Assembly: GCA_963813025.1 (NCBI GenBank)
Contig: CAWEXO010000013.1
Span: forward strand, 288,001-352,000
Origin: an uncultured Verrucomicrobiae bacterium
GTDB lineage: Bacteria > Verrucomicrobiota > Verrucomicrobiia > Chthoniobacterales > JAFAMB01
DNA length: 64,000 nt
Reading direction: 5' to 3'
Shown here piece by piece: positions 52,532 to 63,495 of the stretch. The translations under genes and the position numbers were made by a program. The notes beneath the pieces are model-generated. The model saw nothing but the letters and a program-made list of their open reading frames with translations, searched no databases and had not been told where the DNA came from. Each line of letters begins with the position of its first letter. Within the stretch, counting starts at the first letter, position 1.

Positions 52532-53526
52532 CCGCCCCCGCCCACGAGATATTCCTTGCTAATCGCAGCGCCGACGGAATATTTTGGATCAACGAAGTTT
52601 CCCAACCGCACGATTCCACACTCAGTCAACAGCATGTAGGCCTCCCAGCGATCAAAGCTGTATTCTTTTTCCATCCACAATACTAACTCGCTATAAGCAA
52701 TGCGCACTGCATCCTCGAGCGGACGAGCGCTACCAATGGCCATGATGACGCGCTCGTTTTCGAGGCGCGGCCAGCTCATCTTCCATCCTTTGATTAAGTC
52801 TACCCGTATCGTTGTGCGCGTAGCGAACTCAACACCTGTACCACACAACTCGCCATCGCCCTGACAGGCATGTGCATCACCGATGAATATTCGGGCCCCG
52901 GAAGAACGCACAGGAAGGTACGTGATACTGCCAGGCGCAATATCCGGAATATCCATATTTCCACCATGGTTGTCGGGAGTTAGCGAGTTAATAGCATCAA
53001 TCTCTGGCGAACAACTTAGCGTGCCGATATGCGGACGATAAGGTAAAGTTATACTTTTGCTCCAGTAGATTCCGTTCTCGTCTAGCTCGACTTTCTTCAC
53101 TATTTCCGGCAAGGGTTCATTCAACGTCGCCGTATAATCGGTGCCGGTGAGACCCCCAAATCGCGGGATCAGGCATACTGTACCGCGTGGGTTTGTGCCT
53201 CGAGGGATGATCGATTCAATAAACACGCCCACCACATCTCCTTTCTGCGCATCCTCGACCATAATTGGTCCACATTGTGGATTTAGGAACGGAATAGTTA
53301 ACTTTTGCGAGGGCAGGTCCTTCTCAGTTTTAATGACACCCTCGAAGGCGTCCACCGTTTCCACGACAACCCGATCACCCGGGGCAATATTCAAAACGGG
53401 ATCGGAGTACGGTCCCATAGTATATTGGAACTTGCCTTGAAGCTTCTCAGTTAACTCGTGCGTCTTCCCAACTTTTCCATGGGAAACGCCGCGAGTATGC
53501 ATAAGCGATTTGTCTAACCAGTTCAT
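52528..53526 (-). CDS. Acetamidase/formamidase (FmdA/AmdA) family protein
   Basis: NPQCGPI, PHIGTL, HGGNMD, GDAHACQGDGE.CG. Confidence 0.92.
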   Translation of the reverse strand: MNWLDKSLMHTRGVSHGKVGKTHELTEKLQGKFQYTMGPYSDPVLNIAPGDRVVVETVDAFEGVIKTEKDLPSQKLTIPFLNPQCGPIMVEDAQKGDVVGVFIESIIPRGTNPRGTVCLIPRFGGLTGTDYTATLNEPLPEIVKKVELDENGIYWSKSITLPYRPHIGTLSCSPEIDAINSLTPDNHGGNMDIPDIAPGSITYLPVRSSGARIFIGDAHACQGDGELCGTGVEFATRTTIRVDLIKGWKMSWPRLENERVIMAIGSARPLEDAVRIAYSELVLWMEKEYSFDRWEAYMLLTECGIVRLGNFVDPKYSVGAAISKEYLVGGGG

Positions 53527-54079
53527 ATGCTCCGTGAATTAGAAAAGCTACTTCCTCCTTATCGCTTCGTATACTTGGGCGATCCGTTTCGCCTGCAATA
53601 GCTGCCTTTGATCACTGTGCTTCTGGCCGCAAGTGTCTTCTACACCCAAGTACAAAAAGTTTTTTTCTACAGCTCCTCTTGTCAACGCTTCTACTCGCTT
53701 GGCGAGGCGGAACCGTCAAGTCGATCAGGGCGTTTTGAGCCTGGAAAAAGACTTAGCCGAGCCGGCTACAGCGCCACCATTCCCGAGTTTTATATTGTGG
53801 CGCTGGAGCCAAGTCGGCCTGCTGCGGAATGGCGCTATAGCGGGACCCGGGACCGTTGTTCCAGTACCGCTGGCGATCTTCCCCCGAATCGATTGGTTGG
53901 CCCGGAATCTCTGGAGGAAAGCCGCGCGCTTCGTCCGGTGTCATCGGTCTGGTCTGTGGCGGCTCTTCTTGAGCTACAGTTGAGCTCGGGCCTGGCCCGC
54001 TGCCCGGCGGCGCTTGTGCGCCAGAGGTATTCCTCGGAGTTGTTCCTTGCGGCGTGTTCCAACTACTCTGCGGCGCGAC

Positions 54080-54330
54080 GTTGTCGAGAAGAAATTCATG
54101 GCTGGCTTCATCAATATTATAGCCTCCTTCTGTAATCGTGAGTGAAACGATCCGAGTATCGGACTTGCAAGTCGCTCTAACACAACCCGCGGGTTTGCCG
54201 GGGCATGCAGGTACTCAATCATGGCCCCGACTACCCTGGTGGACATGGACAGGTCGGGCTTTAATTCCGTGACTGTGTAAAGATTATCCTGAATTCGGTA
54301 AGCGGCGGCCTTTTCCCGAGCTGCACTACC
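54080..54330 (-). pseudogene. Mannitol dehydrogenase family fragment
   Basis: QDNLYTV...VVGAMIEYLHAP..P..VLERLASP, then a shifted frame gives TRIVSLTITEGGYN. Confidence 0.75.
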
Positions 54331-54770
54331 GGAACGGATAACGTGCAAGTGGCCAAGCGCTTGGGTACGAGCGAACAGACAGTCACGTTGTGGCGGGGTC
54401 GTTTCCGACAAGAAGGCATAGGAGGTTTGGCGGACTTGGCCCGCAGTGGGCGCCCAGAGCGCATTAAGCCGGCAAGGGCCGAATCTTGAGTGAAGCCGTC
54501 AGGCCGCCGGCGACCTTGGGACGGTGGAGTACCCGGTCGATGGCCAGGCATCTGGGAGTATCCAAGGCAACGGTTCAGCGCCTGTGGTCCACCAACGACA
54601 TTAGGCCACACCGGCCGTAAACGTATAATCCAGTTAGCAAAGCGAATGGCTCGGGGATTCAAAAACTTCGTCTACTTCAGAACCGCCGCCTACCACGGGC
54701 CGGTAAACTTACCTTGGCCGTTCCAACCATCACCTAACCTCAAAACCACCCACACAAAACAGCGAAGGGA
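54330..54770 (+). mobile_element. IS630 transposase N-terminal remnant joined to an ISL3 3' remnant
   Basis: TVTLWRGRF...GLADLARSGRP and WSTRSMARHLGVSKATVQRLW; then IQLAKRMARGFKNF and IR-like cccacacaaaacagcgaagg. Confidence 0.78.
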
Positions 54771-55105
54771 TTTTTCTCACCGCCCCGCGGCGATATAGGG
54801 GGCGCCAGGGCGGGGTTAACTTCGCCTCCTACCTAATACCTTTTTTACGAACCCATAAAAGCTATAAGATGGGAACCCATACCACCTAACATAAATAATC
54901 GCGTACTTGGCGTGAAAGAGGTAGAGATCGTGCTCAGGTACAGAAAACGGGCAAAGGAAAGTGGAATTGGCGTGGTGTTCATTACCCACGATGTCCATCA
55001 CGCTTTCCTGATTGGCGACACGTGGGCGCGCTGACCCTTTATGCACCGCGCGGCAGTGATTCCCAGTTCCTTGCACAAGTCACGAATCTGCAAGGGGTTG
55101 TGAAC

Positions 55106-55232
55106 GCTCCTAAGAAACTGGATAAGGCCGGTCTAATAAAGTTAGCTCTTCCTAAGAGCCAAACAGCCCCCAATCGAGAACTCGGATGGTTTCTTGCCGC
55201 AACAAGAACCCGCAGCGGTTCTGGGGAACTAG
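55106..55232 (-). mobile_element. Non-autonomous mini-element carrying both ends of the IS110 at 36362-38058
   Basis: gctcctaagaaact is identical to 36362-36375; 55189-55232 is near-identical to 38016-38058. Confidence 0.7.
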
Positions 55233-56392
55233 CTAGTCATGTGTCCTCGAAAGAATATTGCTTATCTTATTATAAATTGCTTAACTCGACAGTATGTCGA
55301 GAGTCGCTGCTGGGATCGAATTAACTGAACCCGAGAGGAACGAGCTGGAACGGCGCGTGCGTGCCCACAGCGCCCCGTATCGTGATCGGCAACGAGCCAA
55401 AATGATTCTGTTGGCGAAGACTTGGAGAATCAGCAGATTGCCATCAAATTGAAGTTGAGTCGAATGGCCGTAGGTAAATGGCGTGAGCGCTTTAGTCTGG
55501 AGGGAATAGCAGGATTGGCCGATGCACCTGGACGAGGACGGCTAAGCAACTTGGAACCAGAACAGCTCGAGGCAGTCTTGGGCCGGGTAGTGCAACCCCC
55601 TGCTCATCTTCGGCGCTGGAGTTGCCGCACTATGGCTCGCGAATCGGGGTTGAGTAAGTCGACGGTGCAGAAGCTGTGGGCTAGCAATGATCTTAAGCCT
55701 CATCTAAGCCGGACTTTCAAGCTTTCCACCGACCCGGAATTCAAGGCCAAATTCTGGGATATCGTCGGATTATATCTCCCTCCACCCGATCAAGCCCTGG
55801 TGTTGTGTTGTGATGAGAAGAGCCAGATCCAGGCCCTGAGCCGTTCTCAGCCTGGTCTGCCGCTTAAAGCCGGTCACATTCAAACTCGCACCCATGAATA
55901 TTACCGCAACGGGACGATCACGCTTTTTGCCGCGCTCGATTACCTCCAAGGCAAGATCATTGCTCGTACCGATCGGCGTCATACTCACCGAGAGTGGCTG
56001 CGCTTTCTCAGGCAGATCGATGAGCAGACGCCGGCAAAGGTGGATTTACATCTCATTGTCGACAACTACTCCACCCACAAACATCCCAAGGTTAAAGCCT
56101 GGCTAGCCCGCCATCGACGCTTTCACATGCATTTTACTCCGACCAGCGCTTCCTGGCTTAACCTGGTGGAGCGATTCTTCCGGGATCTTACTCAGCAAGC
56201 CATCGTGACCGGAAGCTTTGAGAGCGTTAAGGTCTTGGTCGAGGCGATCGAAGCCTACCTTGCTCACCATAATCTGCGAGCCAAGCGCTACACGTGGCGG
56301 GCGGACGGCGAAGAAGTCCTGCGCAAGATCAACAGAGCGCGGGCAACTGCAACTGATGGATAAGATATGTTATTTCGAGGACAGCACACTAG
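55233..56392 (+). mobile_element. IS630 family element; transposase 55294-56363 with a frameshift near 55418
   Basis: CTAG at both ends; imperfect IR around tgtcctcgaaa...cttatc; CCDEKSQIQAL, VDNYSTH, SASWLNLVERFF. Confidence 0.92.
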
Positions 56393-56404
56393 TATGTCGG
56401 CGAC

Positions 56405-57385
56405 TTATTTGACAATGAGTACCTTGGCGTGGTCGATCGTGACAGCGACCGCCATGATCAGCACGGCGCCGAACACGATCTGCTGTGCGAAAATGTTGAT
56501 GCCGACAAACGTCATTCCGACTCGCACAACGGCAATGATTAGCGCACCGAGTACAGTCCGACCGATGCCGCCGGAGCCTCCGGTGATCGCGGTTCCTCCG
56601 ACGACAACGGCGGCGATTGCCGGGAGCAGAAGTTCGTTGGCCAGCGTTGGCGAGCCGCTACTCATGCGTCCGGCGAGCAGAATACCAGCCAACGCAGACA
56701 GACCCGCCGATGCCGCGTAGGCAATCACCTTTTGACGGTTAACCTTTACCCCTGAAGCCCAGGTCGCCTCCTCACCAGCGCCAATTGCGGTGCTGTAGCG
56801 TCCAAAAGCGGTGTAGTGCTGAACCCAGATCCCAGCGCCTGCGACGCCTGCGCCAACGATGATCACACTCGGCACCCCGAACAGGCGGCCGGTAATCCAG
56901 GTCAGAAACGCACGCCCGCTTTCACCGATCGTGATCGAGCGCGCTTGCGACAAAAGAAGAGCGGCAGCGGACGCGAGGCCGCTGGTCGCCAACGTGACGA
57001 TGAAAGAGGGAATCCGCAACCAGACGTGCACGATGCCGCTGAAAGCGCCGGTGACCAGCCCGGCCAGCAGCGCGGCTGGAAATGCCCAGTAGCCGGCTCC
57101 GGGCAGCAGCGCTGCCACAATAACGCTGCTGAGTGATGCGACGGCTTGAATCGACAAGTCGATGCCGCCGAGCATAATAACGAAGGTGACGCCGGCGGCT
57201 ATGATGAACAGAGTCGCGGTGTCAGCCATCACGACCACCAGCGTGTCCAGGGTCAGGAAGCCGGGCTTCAACACACCGATCAGCGCCACGAGTCCAATCA
57301 ACACCAAAATAGGTGCCGTCGTGCGCAGCCGGCTAGCGACAGCGATCCAGTTCCTTGCTCTATCGGTTGACGACATCTTAGTCAA
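56405..57385 (-). CDS. Sugar ABC permease
   Basis: GGIDLS, IPSFIVTL, IAAVVVGGTAITGG. Confidence 0.92.
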   Translation of the reverse strand: MTKMSSTDRARNWIAVASRLRTTAPILVLIGLVALIGVLKPGFLTLDTLVVVMADTATLFIIAAGVTFVIMLGGIDLSIQAVASLSSVIVAALLPGAGYWAFPAALLAGLVTGAFSGIVHVWLRIPSFIVTLATSGLASAAALLLSQARSITIGESGRAFLTWITGRLFGVPSVIIVGAGVAGAGIWVQHYTAFGRYSTAIGAGEEATWASGVKVNRQKVIAYAASAGLSALAGILLAGRMSSGSPTLANELLLPAIAAVVVGGTAITGGSGGIGRTVLGALIIAVVRVGMTFVGINIFAQQIVFGAVLIMAVAVTIDHAKVLIVK

Positions 57386-58884
57386 ACCATGTAGCGAATC
57401 AGGTCAACCTGGGATGGCTTGGATCCGGGTAGTGCGTCAAATCGAGCGGTCACCCTTCCGTCGCGCATCACCAGGATCGAGTGGCACAATCCGATCGTTT
57501 CCTCGAGCGTGTCGGCGGTCAAGACAAGCGCGATGCCGGCATCCGACAGGTCACGGATCAGCTCGTACACTTCTTCCTTGGCGCCGACGTCGAGCCCACG
57601 GGTTGGATGGTCCAAAATCAAAATGCGGACGCGCGCGTTCATCCACTTGCTGAGCACCACCTTTTGCTGATTACCGCCACTAAGGTTGAGACACAACGCG
57701 TCGACACTTGGCGTCCGAATGTGCAGTTTTTCTACCCAGCGCGTTGCTAACCGCCGTTCGCGCTGCGGACTAATCCTACCCCCGATCCGGACGGTTTGCA
57801 GGCTGGCGAGTGTCATGTTCACGGCAACGGAGAGAGGCAAAACCAACCCTTCCACCCGCCGCTCGCGCGGAATGTAGCCGACGCCAACATCGACCGCCTG
57901 TGACGGCGAGTTCAAGCGGACCTCGCGACCGTCGACTCGGAGCTTACCGCGCGTCTGGGGCAGAAAACCGAACAGGGTACGCGTCAACTCTTCCCGGCCA
58001 GAGCCGATCACGCCGGCAATCCCTAATACCTCGCCTTTGCGGAGTGAGAAATCGACATCTCGGTACGCACCATCGACCGCGAGGCCGCTCGCCTGCATCA
58101 CGACTTCGGGCCGCGGAGCTTGTTGGCGCGACTCTCGGTAGTATTCGGCGTGCCGGTCGCGGCCGACCATGAGCTGATGGAGCTGTGGCACCGTCGCGTT
58201 ACCGACCGGCATTTGCGCAACGACCCGACCATCCTTCATTACGTAGACGCGATCGCTGATTTTGAGGACTTCCTCGAGCCGGTGTGAGACGAAGAAAAAG
58301 CTCGCGCGGCTCTTAAGCGAGCGCACGCGGGCAAATAGAATATCGATGTCGCGCTGCTCGAGCACCGACGTCGGCTCGTCCAGGAGGATAACCAGATGCC
58401 GGTCGGTGCGCTCTTCTAGCGCCAGTGCTTTGGCAAGCTCGACCATCTGGCGCGCGGCGAAGTCAAGCTCTGAAGTTCGAGCGCGCGGATCGATATCGGC
58501 CTGTACCTTGTCGAGCTGGCGGCGTGCCGCGGCGTTCAGGTGGCGCCTGTTGATCAATCCGAACCGGACGGACTTCGCCTCCTGACCGAGATAGATGTTT
58601 TCGGCAACGGTGAGGTTGGGTAACAGGGACTGCTCCTGGAACACGATCCCGATGCCGTTAAGGTTGGCTCCCGTCGGGCTCCCAAGCGGGATCGTCCTGC
58701 CATCCAGCTGCAATGAGCCGCGATCCGGTGCGTAGACGCCGGCGAGAATGCGCATCAGCGTCGACTTGCCCGCGCCATTCTCACCGACAAGCCCGACCAC
58801 TTCGTTTTCGCCGATCTCAAGGCTGACATCGTCCAGCGCTTGGACCACGCCAAACGCTTTGCTGAGGTGAATGACGGAAAGCAT
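57382..58884 (-). CDS. Sugar ABC ATP-binding protein (two NBDs)
   Basis: GENGAGKST, LDEPT, LSGGNQQK, PTRGLDVGAK. Confidence 0.93.
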   Translation of the reverse strand: MLSVIHLSKAFGVVQALDDVSLEIGENEVVGLVGENGAGKSTLMRILAGVYAPDRGSLQLDGRTIPLGSPTGANLNGIGIVFQEQSLLPNLTVAENIYLGQEAKSVRFGLINRRHLNAAARRQLDKVQADIDPRARTSELDFAARQMVELAKALALEERTDRHLVILLDEPTSVLEQRDIDILFARVRSLKSRASFFFVSHRLEEVLKISDRVYVMKDGRVVAQMPVGNATVPQLHQLMVGRDRHAEYYRESRQQAPRPEVVMQASGLAVDGAYRDVDFSLRKGEVLGIAGVIGSGREELTRTLFGFLPQTRGKLRVDGREVRLNSPSQAVDVGVGYIPRERRVEGLVLPLSVAVNMTLASLQTVRIGGRISPQRERRLATRWVEKLHIRTPSVDALCLNLSGGNQQKVVLSKWMNARVRILILDHPTRGLDVGAKEEVYELIRDLSDAGIALVLTADTLEETIGLCHSILVMRDGRVTARFDALPGSKPSQVDLIRYMV

Positions 58885-58887
58885 ATT

Positions 58888-59931
58888 CTATTTCACGATC
58901 TTGAGCCGGGCGCGATCGATGGATAGGGCAACCGCGACGATAATCAGGAGGCCTTGGACGGCCTGCTGCACGTAGGGAGAAATGCCCAGGAGTACCATTC
59001 CGTTGGCTAGCACGGCGATGATCAAAACGCCGACAAACGTATTAAGCACCCCACCTTCGCCTCCGGTGAGCGCCGAGCCTCCCACGACGACTGCGGTGAT
59101 CGTAAAGAAAAGCCTTCCGCTTCCGATCAATGCATTACCCAGCCCCAGCTGTGCCGCAGCCAACAGGCCCGCCAACCCATACAACGCACCCGCCAGTGTG
59201 AAAACGATCAACTTCACCCGCTTGACCGGGATTCCGGACAACGCGGCCAAGTCCTCGCCTCCGCCGATGGCGTAAACGTAGCGCCCGATCCTGGTAAAGC
59301 GCTCGAACACCCAAGTAGCGCCAAGCATGCCGAGCGCCACCCAGACTGCTAGCGGGAATACGAACAATCTCGTGAGCGCCAGACTCCGGATACTGCTGTC
59401 GAGGACGCGAACAGTCGAACCACCTAGGATAAGAGTTGCAAGTCCAACTCCGACGAACCACATGCCGAGCGTCGCCATAAACGATGGTATCCGCAAATTG
59501 ACGTGAATCAGCCCGTTCACGCAGCCGATTGCCGCGCAAATCGCGATCGCCAGCGCCGCGCCAATCCAACCGAGCGAGTTCGCATTGGCGTCATTGCGCA
59601 CCAGCAGGCTGATCACAACCGAGCCTACAGCCAAGACGCCCTCCACCGAAAGGTCAATGCTCCCGAGAACGATGACAAAGGTCTCTCCCAGCGCCAGCAC
59701 CAGCGGAATAGCCGCCGAGTTCGCGATGCGGACAACGTTGTTAAACTCAAAGAAGCGTGGGTTAAGCGCTCCGGTCAGGAGCGAGAGCGCTACTAACGCG
59801 AAGAACGGCGCAAAAGGCCTGAGGCGCCGCAAGAACGCCGGACGGAGTCCTGAACGTTCAGGCTCGTGCGCCATCGGTCTGATCTTCGATGCGCTCGAAT
59901 CTGATGGTTGACTGCCCATCTGGGGGTCCAT
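58888..59931 (-). CDS. Sugar ABC permease
   Basis: GSIDLSV, IPSFMATLG, ITAVVVGG; start uncertain. Confidence 0.92.
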   Translation of the reverse strand: MDPQMGSQPSDSSASKIRPMAHEPERSGLRPAFLRRLRPFAPFFALVALSLLTGALNPRFFEFNNVVRIANSAAIPLVLALGETFVIVLGSIDLSVEGVLAVGSVVISLLVRNDANANSLGWIGAALAIAICAAIGCVNGLIHVNLRIPSFMATLGMWFVGVGLATLILGGSTVRVLDSSIRSLALTRLFVFPLAVWVALGMLGATWVFERFTRIGRYVYAIGGGEDLAALSGIPVKRVKLIVFTLAGALYGLAGLLAAAQLGLGNALIGSGRLFFTITAVVVGGSALTGGEGGVLNTFVGVLIIAVLANGMVLLGISPYVQQAVQGLLIIVAVALSIDRARLKIVK

Positions 59932-60777
59932 TCCGCCCTAGCTCCCGCCAGCTCGCACCCGTGGCAGGCACCGGGCGTGGGACCGTGTGATAGGATCCGA
60001 GAACGAATTGATCAAAATCAATAATTGCGCCAGTCATCATCCCGGATTCTTCTGAGGCGAGAAAAGCAATCGCTCGCGCTACCTCATCGGTTTTCAGCAT
60101 CCGGCCAAACGGCAGATCTTTCTCGGCTTTCTCTCTCCAGCCATCCTGTGCTCCATGATAAAGGCGGATAACGCGACCCTCGCCGGGAGTGTCCATCCAC
60201 CCGAGAGCAAGGCCGTTGACTCGGATGCGGTGCGGCATCAAGCCAAACGCCACGTTCCTGGTCAAGGTGAGAAGCGCTCCCCTCGGCGCTGTATGCCGTA
60301 ATAAATGGCTGACCACCGTGCGCCACGATACTCAAGATGTTGATGATCGAACCCTCGATTTTTTTGCGAAGCATGATTTTGGAGGCAGCTTGAATCAGGA
60401 AAATGGAGCGCGGAGGTTCGTGTTAAGAATCTGATCATAAAGCTCAGGCGAAGTGTCGAAGATCGTATCGCGGTCGGTAATCCCGGCAGAATCTACCGGG
60501 ACGCGACGCGCCCAAATTTGCCGTCCGGCGCTTGGATCAACTTGAAGCAGTCCGCGAGGTTCCCCAGGTCTGTCCGGACAAACTCGGTCGGGCAACCCCG
60601 GTCAGACAACTCGGCCGCAATTTTATCGCCTCGGTCTTCGTTTCGGCCGCAGATCACAACTCCTTTGGCTCCGCGCTCAGCAAAAATCCGCGCTGTCGCT
60701 TCGCCGAGACCCTGCGTGCTGCCGGTAACTACGGCAACCTTCCCGCGCAATTGCTCAGATAAATCGTTGGTCGGCAC
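59858..60777 (-). pseudogene. SDR family oxidoreductase, several frameshifts
   Basis: VTGSTQGLG; SAGITDR; HGGQPFITAYS; RIRVNGL..GW...P. Confidence 0.85.
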
Positions 60778-60886
60778 GAGAAAAAACTAAGGTTGATTCC
60801 GGATGGGCGCTGCCGAGCCTACCGCCTTAACACGAGGTAGGCAGTGTTTGTTTGGAGCTTTTGGTGATGCGGATTACCGGCAATAC

Positions 60887-62014
60887 TTAGCTCTCGCGGA
60901 TTTGCCCGGTCGCGCGTCCCCACAATTCATTGAAGTCAATTTTCGGCTCCGATTCGATGTGGGTTTTGTAAAACTCGTCGGCGTTCTCTTTTGTCACTAA
61001 GGTGCCCGTTCCGTAGAACTCGCGGTGCGATTTCGGCTCTTTGGCAGGGTCGAATTTGCCGGTTTTTGCGGCGTAGGCGATTGCGAGGCCCATGCTGCCT
61101 TGCCAGTAGGGATCCCATGAGACCGTCGCAGCAAACTCTCCGGCACGGACCGCCTCGATCGCCAACTTAATGCCGTCGATGCCGGTGACCGGCACTTTAC
61201 CGGCCAGGTTCTCTGCTCGCAGCGCCTCGAGGGCGCCGGTACCCATATCGTCGTTCGCCGCCCAGATCCCCTTAATCTGGTCGCCGAAGCGGGTCAACCA
61301 AGAGCCCACCACATTGAAGCCGTCAGAAGACTTCCAGTTCGCAACCTGGAGATCGAGCAGTTTAACGTTTGAGTTTGCGTCCAGCGCCTTTTGGAGACCG
61401 GCCTTGCGTTCGATCGCTGGCGTGTTCGAGAGAATCCCGCCGAGCGCTACGATGCCGCCCGATCCGCCTATAGCCTTAATTAAGGCGTTGGCGGTAGCCT
61501 CGCCATACTTCACCCCATCAAAGGAGATATGGGAGACATAATAGGGATTAAAATCCCACGGATGCAGGTCGGCTGGTTTGTTCCACTGGGTCACCACGTA
61601 CGCTCCCGCCTTGACGCAGGCCTCGACGATCGGTCGCGCGTCCGGGCTGTCGTTTGGGTCGACGTTGAGGCACATGTTGCCACCGGTTTTGGCGAGGGTC
61701 GCTCGGATGTCAGCGATCCCTTTCTCGCTGTCGCCCTCGGTTACGAGCGTGACATAGTCGGCTCCAATGGATTTCGCGAAGGCTTGGCCACCCTGGTTCC
61801 AGGTGGCGTGATAGGGGTTGGATAAGGATCTGATCGAATTAACTAATGTCGGGGTGCCGGCGGCAAAGGTCCGGCGAGGCAGCATCGCCATCACAGCACT
61901 CGCTCCAGCGAGCGCGGCGGTGCGGCGAAGAAAAACCCTACGAGGGATCGGCAGGGCACGAGGATCTTTGTTGGTGGAACTCATGTTCATTTGGTCCGCG
62001 GAGGTTTTTGCCAC
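60887..62014 (-). CDS. Sugar ABC substrate-binding protein with a Tat leader
   Basis: RRVFLRR leader; RSLSNPYH, ERKAG, WAANDDM, VTGIDG. Confidence 0.92.
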   Translation of the reverse strand: MAKTSADQMNMSSTNKDPRALPIPRRVFLRRTAALAGASAVMAMLPRRTFAAGTPTLVNSIRSLSNPYHATWNQGGQAFAKSIGADYVTLVTEGDSEKGIADIRATLAKTGGNMCLNVDPNDSPDARPIVEACVKAGAYVVTQWNKPADLHPWDFNPYYVSHISFDGVKYGEATANALIKAIGGSGGIVALGGILSNTPAIERKAGLQKALDANSNVKLLDLQVANWKSSDGFNVVGSWLTRFGDQIKGIWAANDDMGTGALEALRAENLAGKVPVTGIDGIKLAIEAVRAGEFAATVSWDPYWQGSMGLAIAYAAKTGKFDPAKEPKSHREFYGTGTLVTKENADEFYKTHIESEPKIDFNELWGRATGQIRES

Positions 62015-62210
62015 TTCTGTGGCTTTATCTGATTCGGGGTGATCGGGCGTTGGAGGAAACAGCGTTCATTCTATTAATGGTCCGCCCAATAATCAATCCT
62101 GGGGATTCCTCCAACAAAGGAACGTAAAACGTCACGACATTTGGCCCAAGCTTTTATCTGCTCAACGCTACTTCGCTTTTCCGGAAGCAGGGCACCCGTT
62201 ACAGTTCCGA

Positions 62211-62870
62211 TTGGTTCCCCACAACGAGAACCGAGCGGCCTATGGATGGCAACGCCATGGCGGTCACGCTCCATATCTGTTGGCCGAAGAGACCACGTGT
62301 GTTCGGTTGCCGGACAACCTGTCTTACGTAGACGGAGCATTGATCGCGTGTGGGTTCGGAACCGCTAACCCGCATGCGCGTCAGTGGCCGGGACCGACTG
62401 TTAGTGACGGGACTGGGTCCAGTCGGATTGGCAGCGGCGTTGTTGGGAAAGGCGCTTGGAGTCAACGAGGTAATCGGGTCGATACAAGCGTTGAACGGAT
62501 GCAGCTTTCCCGTGAAACTGGGACTCGTAAACACCCTTCTTAGTCATTCAAATACGGTGGAAAAAATTCGAGGCCTTACCGATGAAAAGGGTTGCGAGGT
62601 CAGCATCGATTGTTCGGGAGCGCCTCCTCGCGCTGCAAGGCACCCGCCAGTAGGGGCGTTGTGGCTACGTCAAAGAAGGAAACGACGTGCAATTTAATGT
62701 TTTGCCACTGCTCATTCATCCGCAGATTACGTTATACGGATCATGGGTAACCAGCTTGGCTCACCTGTCTGAGCTGACGGAGCGTTTGTCACGTTGGGAT
62801 CTGCACCCCGAAAAGAATCGTAACGCATCGATTCGGCCTGGAAGAAGCGGCTGAGGCTTATCGCATTGGA
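62211..62870 (+). pseudogene. Zn-binding dehydrogenase fragment, frameshifted
   Basis: YGWQRHGGHA.Y...LPDNLSY.DGALIACGFGT; GLGPVG; IDCSG; LYGSW. Confidence 0.8.
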
Positions 62871-63026
62871 GCCATAACCGAATTTTGTGGATGAGGAGAT
62901 AAAGAAAGGCGCATCCTTTCAGTGAAGAAAAAAGAGCGGCATACTCACTCGAGGCGCCAAAAGAAAGATGTTCTCTGGTTTACAAGTTGATTGGTGCGTG
63001 AAGTTATTGACATGGGAAATAGAAGG

Positions 63027-63495
63027 TTAGGCGTTGTGCAGTTTGAGCACCCAGGAGCCGTGTTGGATCTGATGTTTCTGATGCAGCTCCGCGTCATAGC
63101 GGGTCCGGGTTTGCCACATCTTCCAGAGGATTTTGAGCCAGCGCTGGCCTAGGCACCGTAAGGCGCAGGGGTGAGTTTTGCCCTTTTTCGAAGGCTCTGG
63201 TAATAGGTGTCGGCCCAAGGGCAGGCGTGTCGGCTTCGGTCAGCCCAGAGGTGAATGGTAGATCGCAGGACTAAGTTGCACTGGGTGCGAAGTCTGACGT
63301 GATGGACGGGACCGGATTGATAGCTGACCGGAGCAGTCCCCCCGTAGCATTGCAGAGCCTGAGGGGACTCGAACCGATGACGGTCCTCCCCTAGCTCGCC
63401 TAATAGGGGGGGTGCGATTTTGGGGCCGGCTCCCGGCAAGGAGCCGAACAGTTCGTGATCGGGATGGTGCGCAAAGAGCTTTTCGATTTGCTGAC
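63027..63495 (-). mobile_element. Second IS110-family transposase, C-terminal fragment cut by IS3
   Basis: SLPGAG...LLGELG.D..RF...GTAPVSYQSG; ALRCLGQRWLKILWKMWQ...YD. Confidence 0.85.

Noticed and set aside
53608..54135. 175-aa plus-strand ORF
   Set aside because: It has no recognisable motif and partly overlaps the minus-strand mannitol dehydrogenase remnant.
55380..55430. Programmed frameshift in the IS630 transposase
   Set aside because: No slippery A-run is present at the shift and a few codons appear to be missing, so a small deletion or error is more likely.
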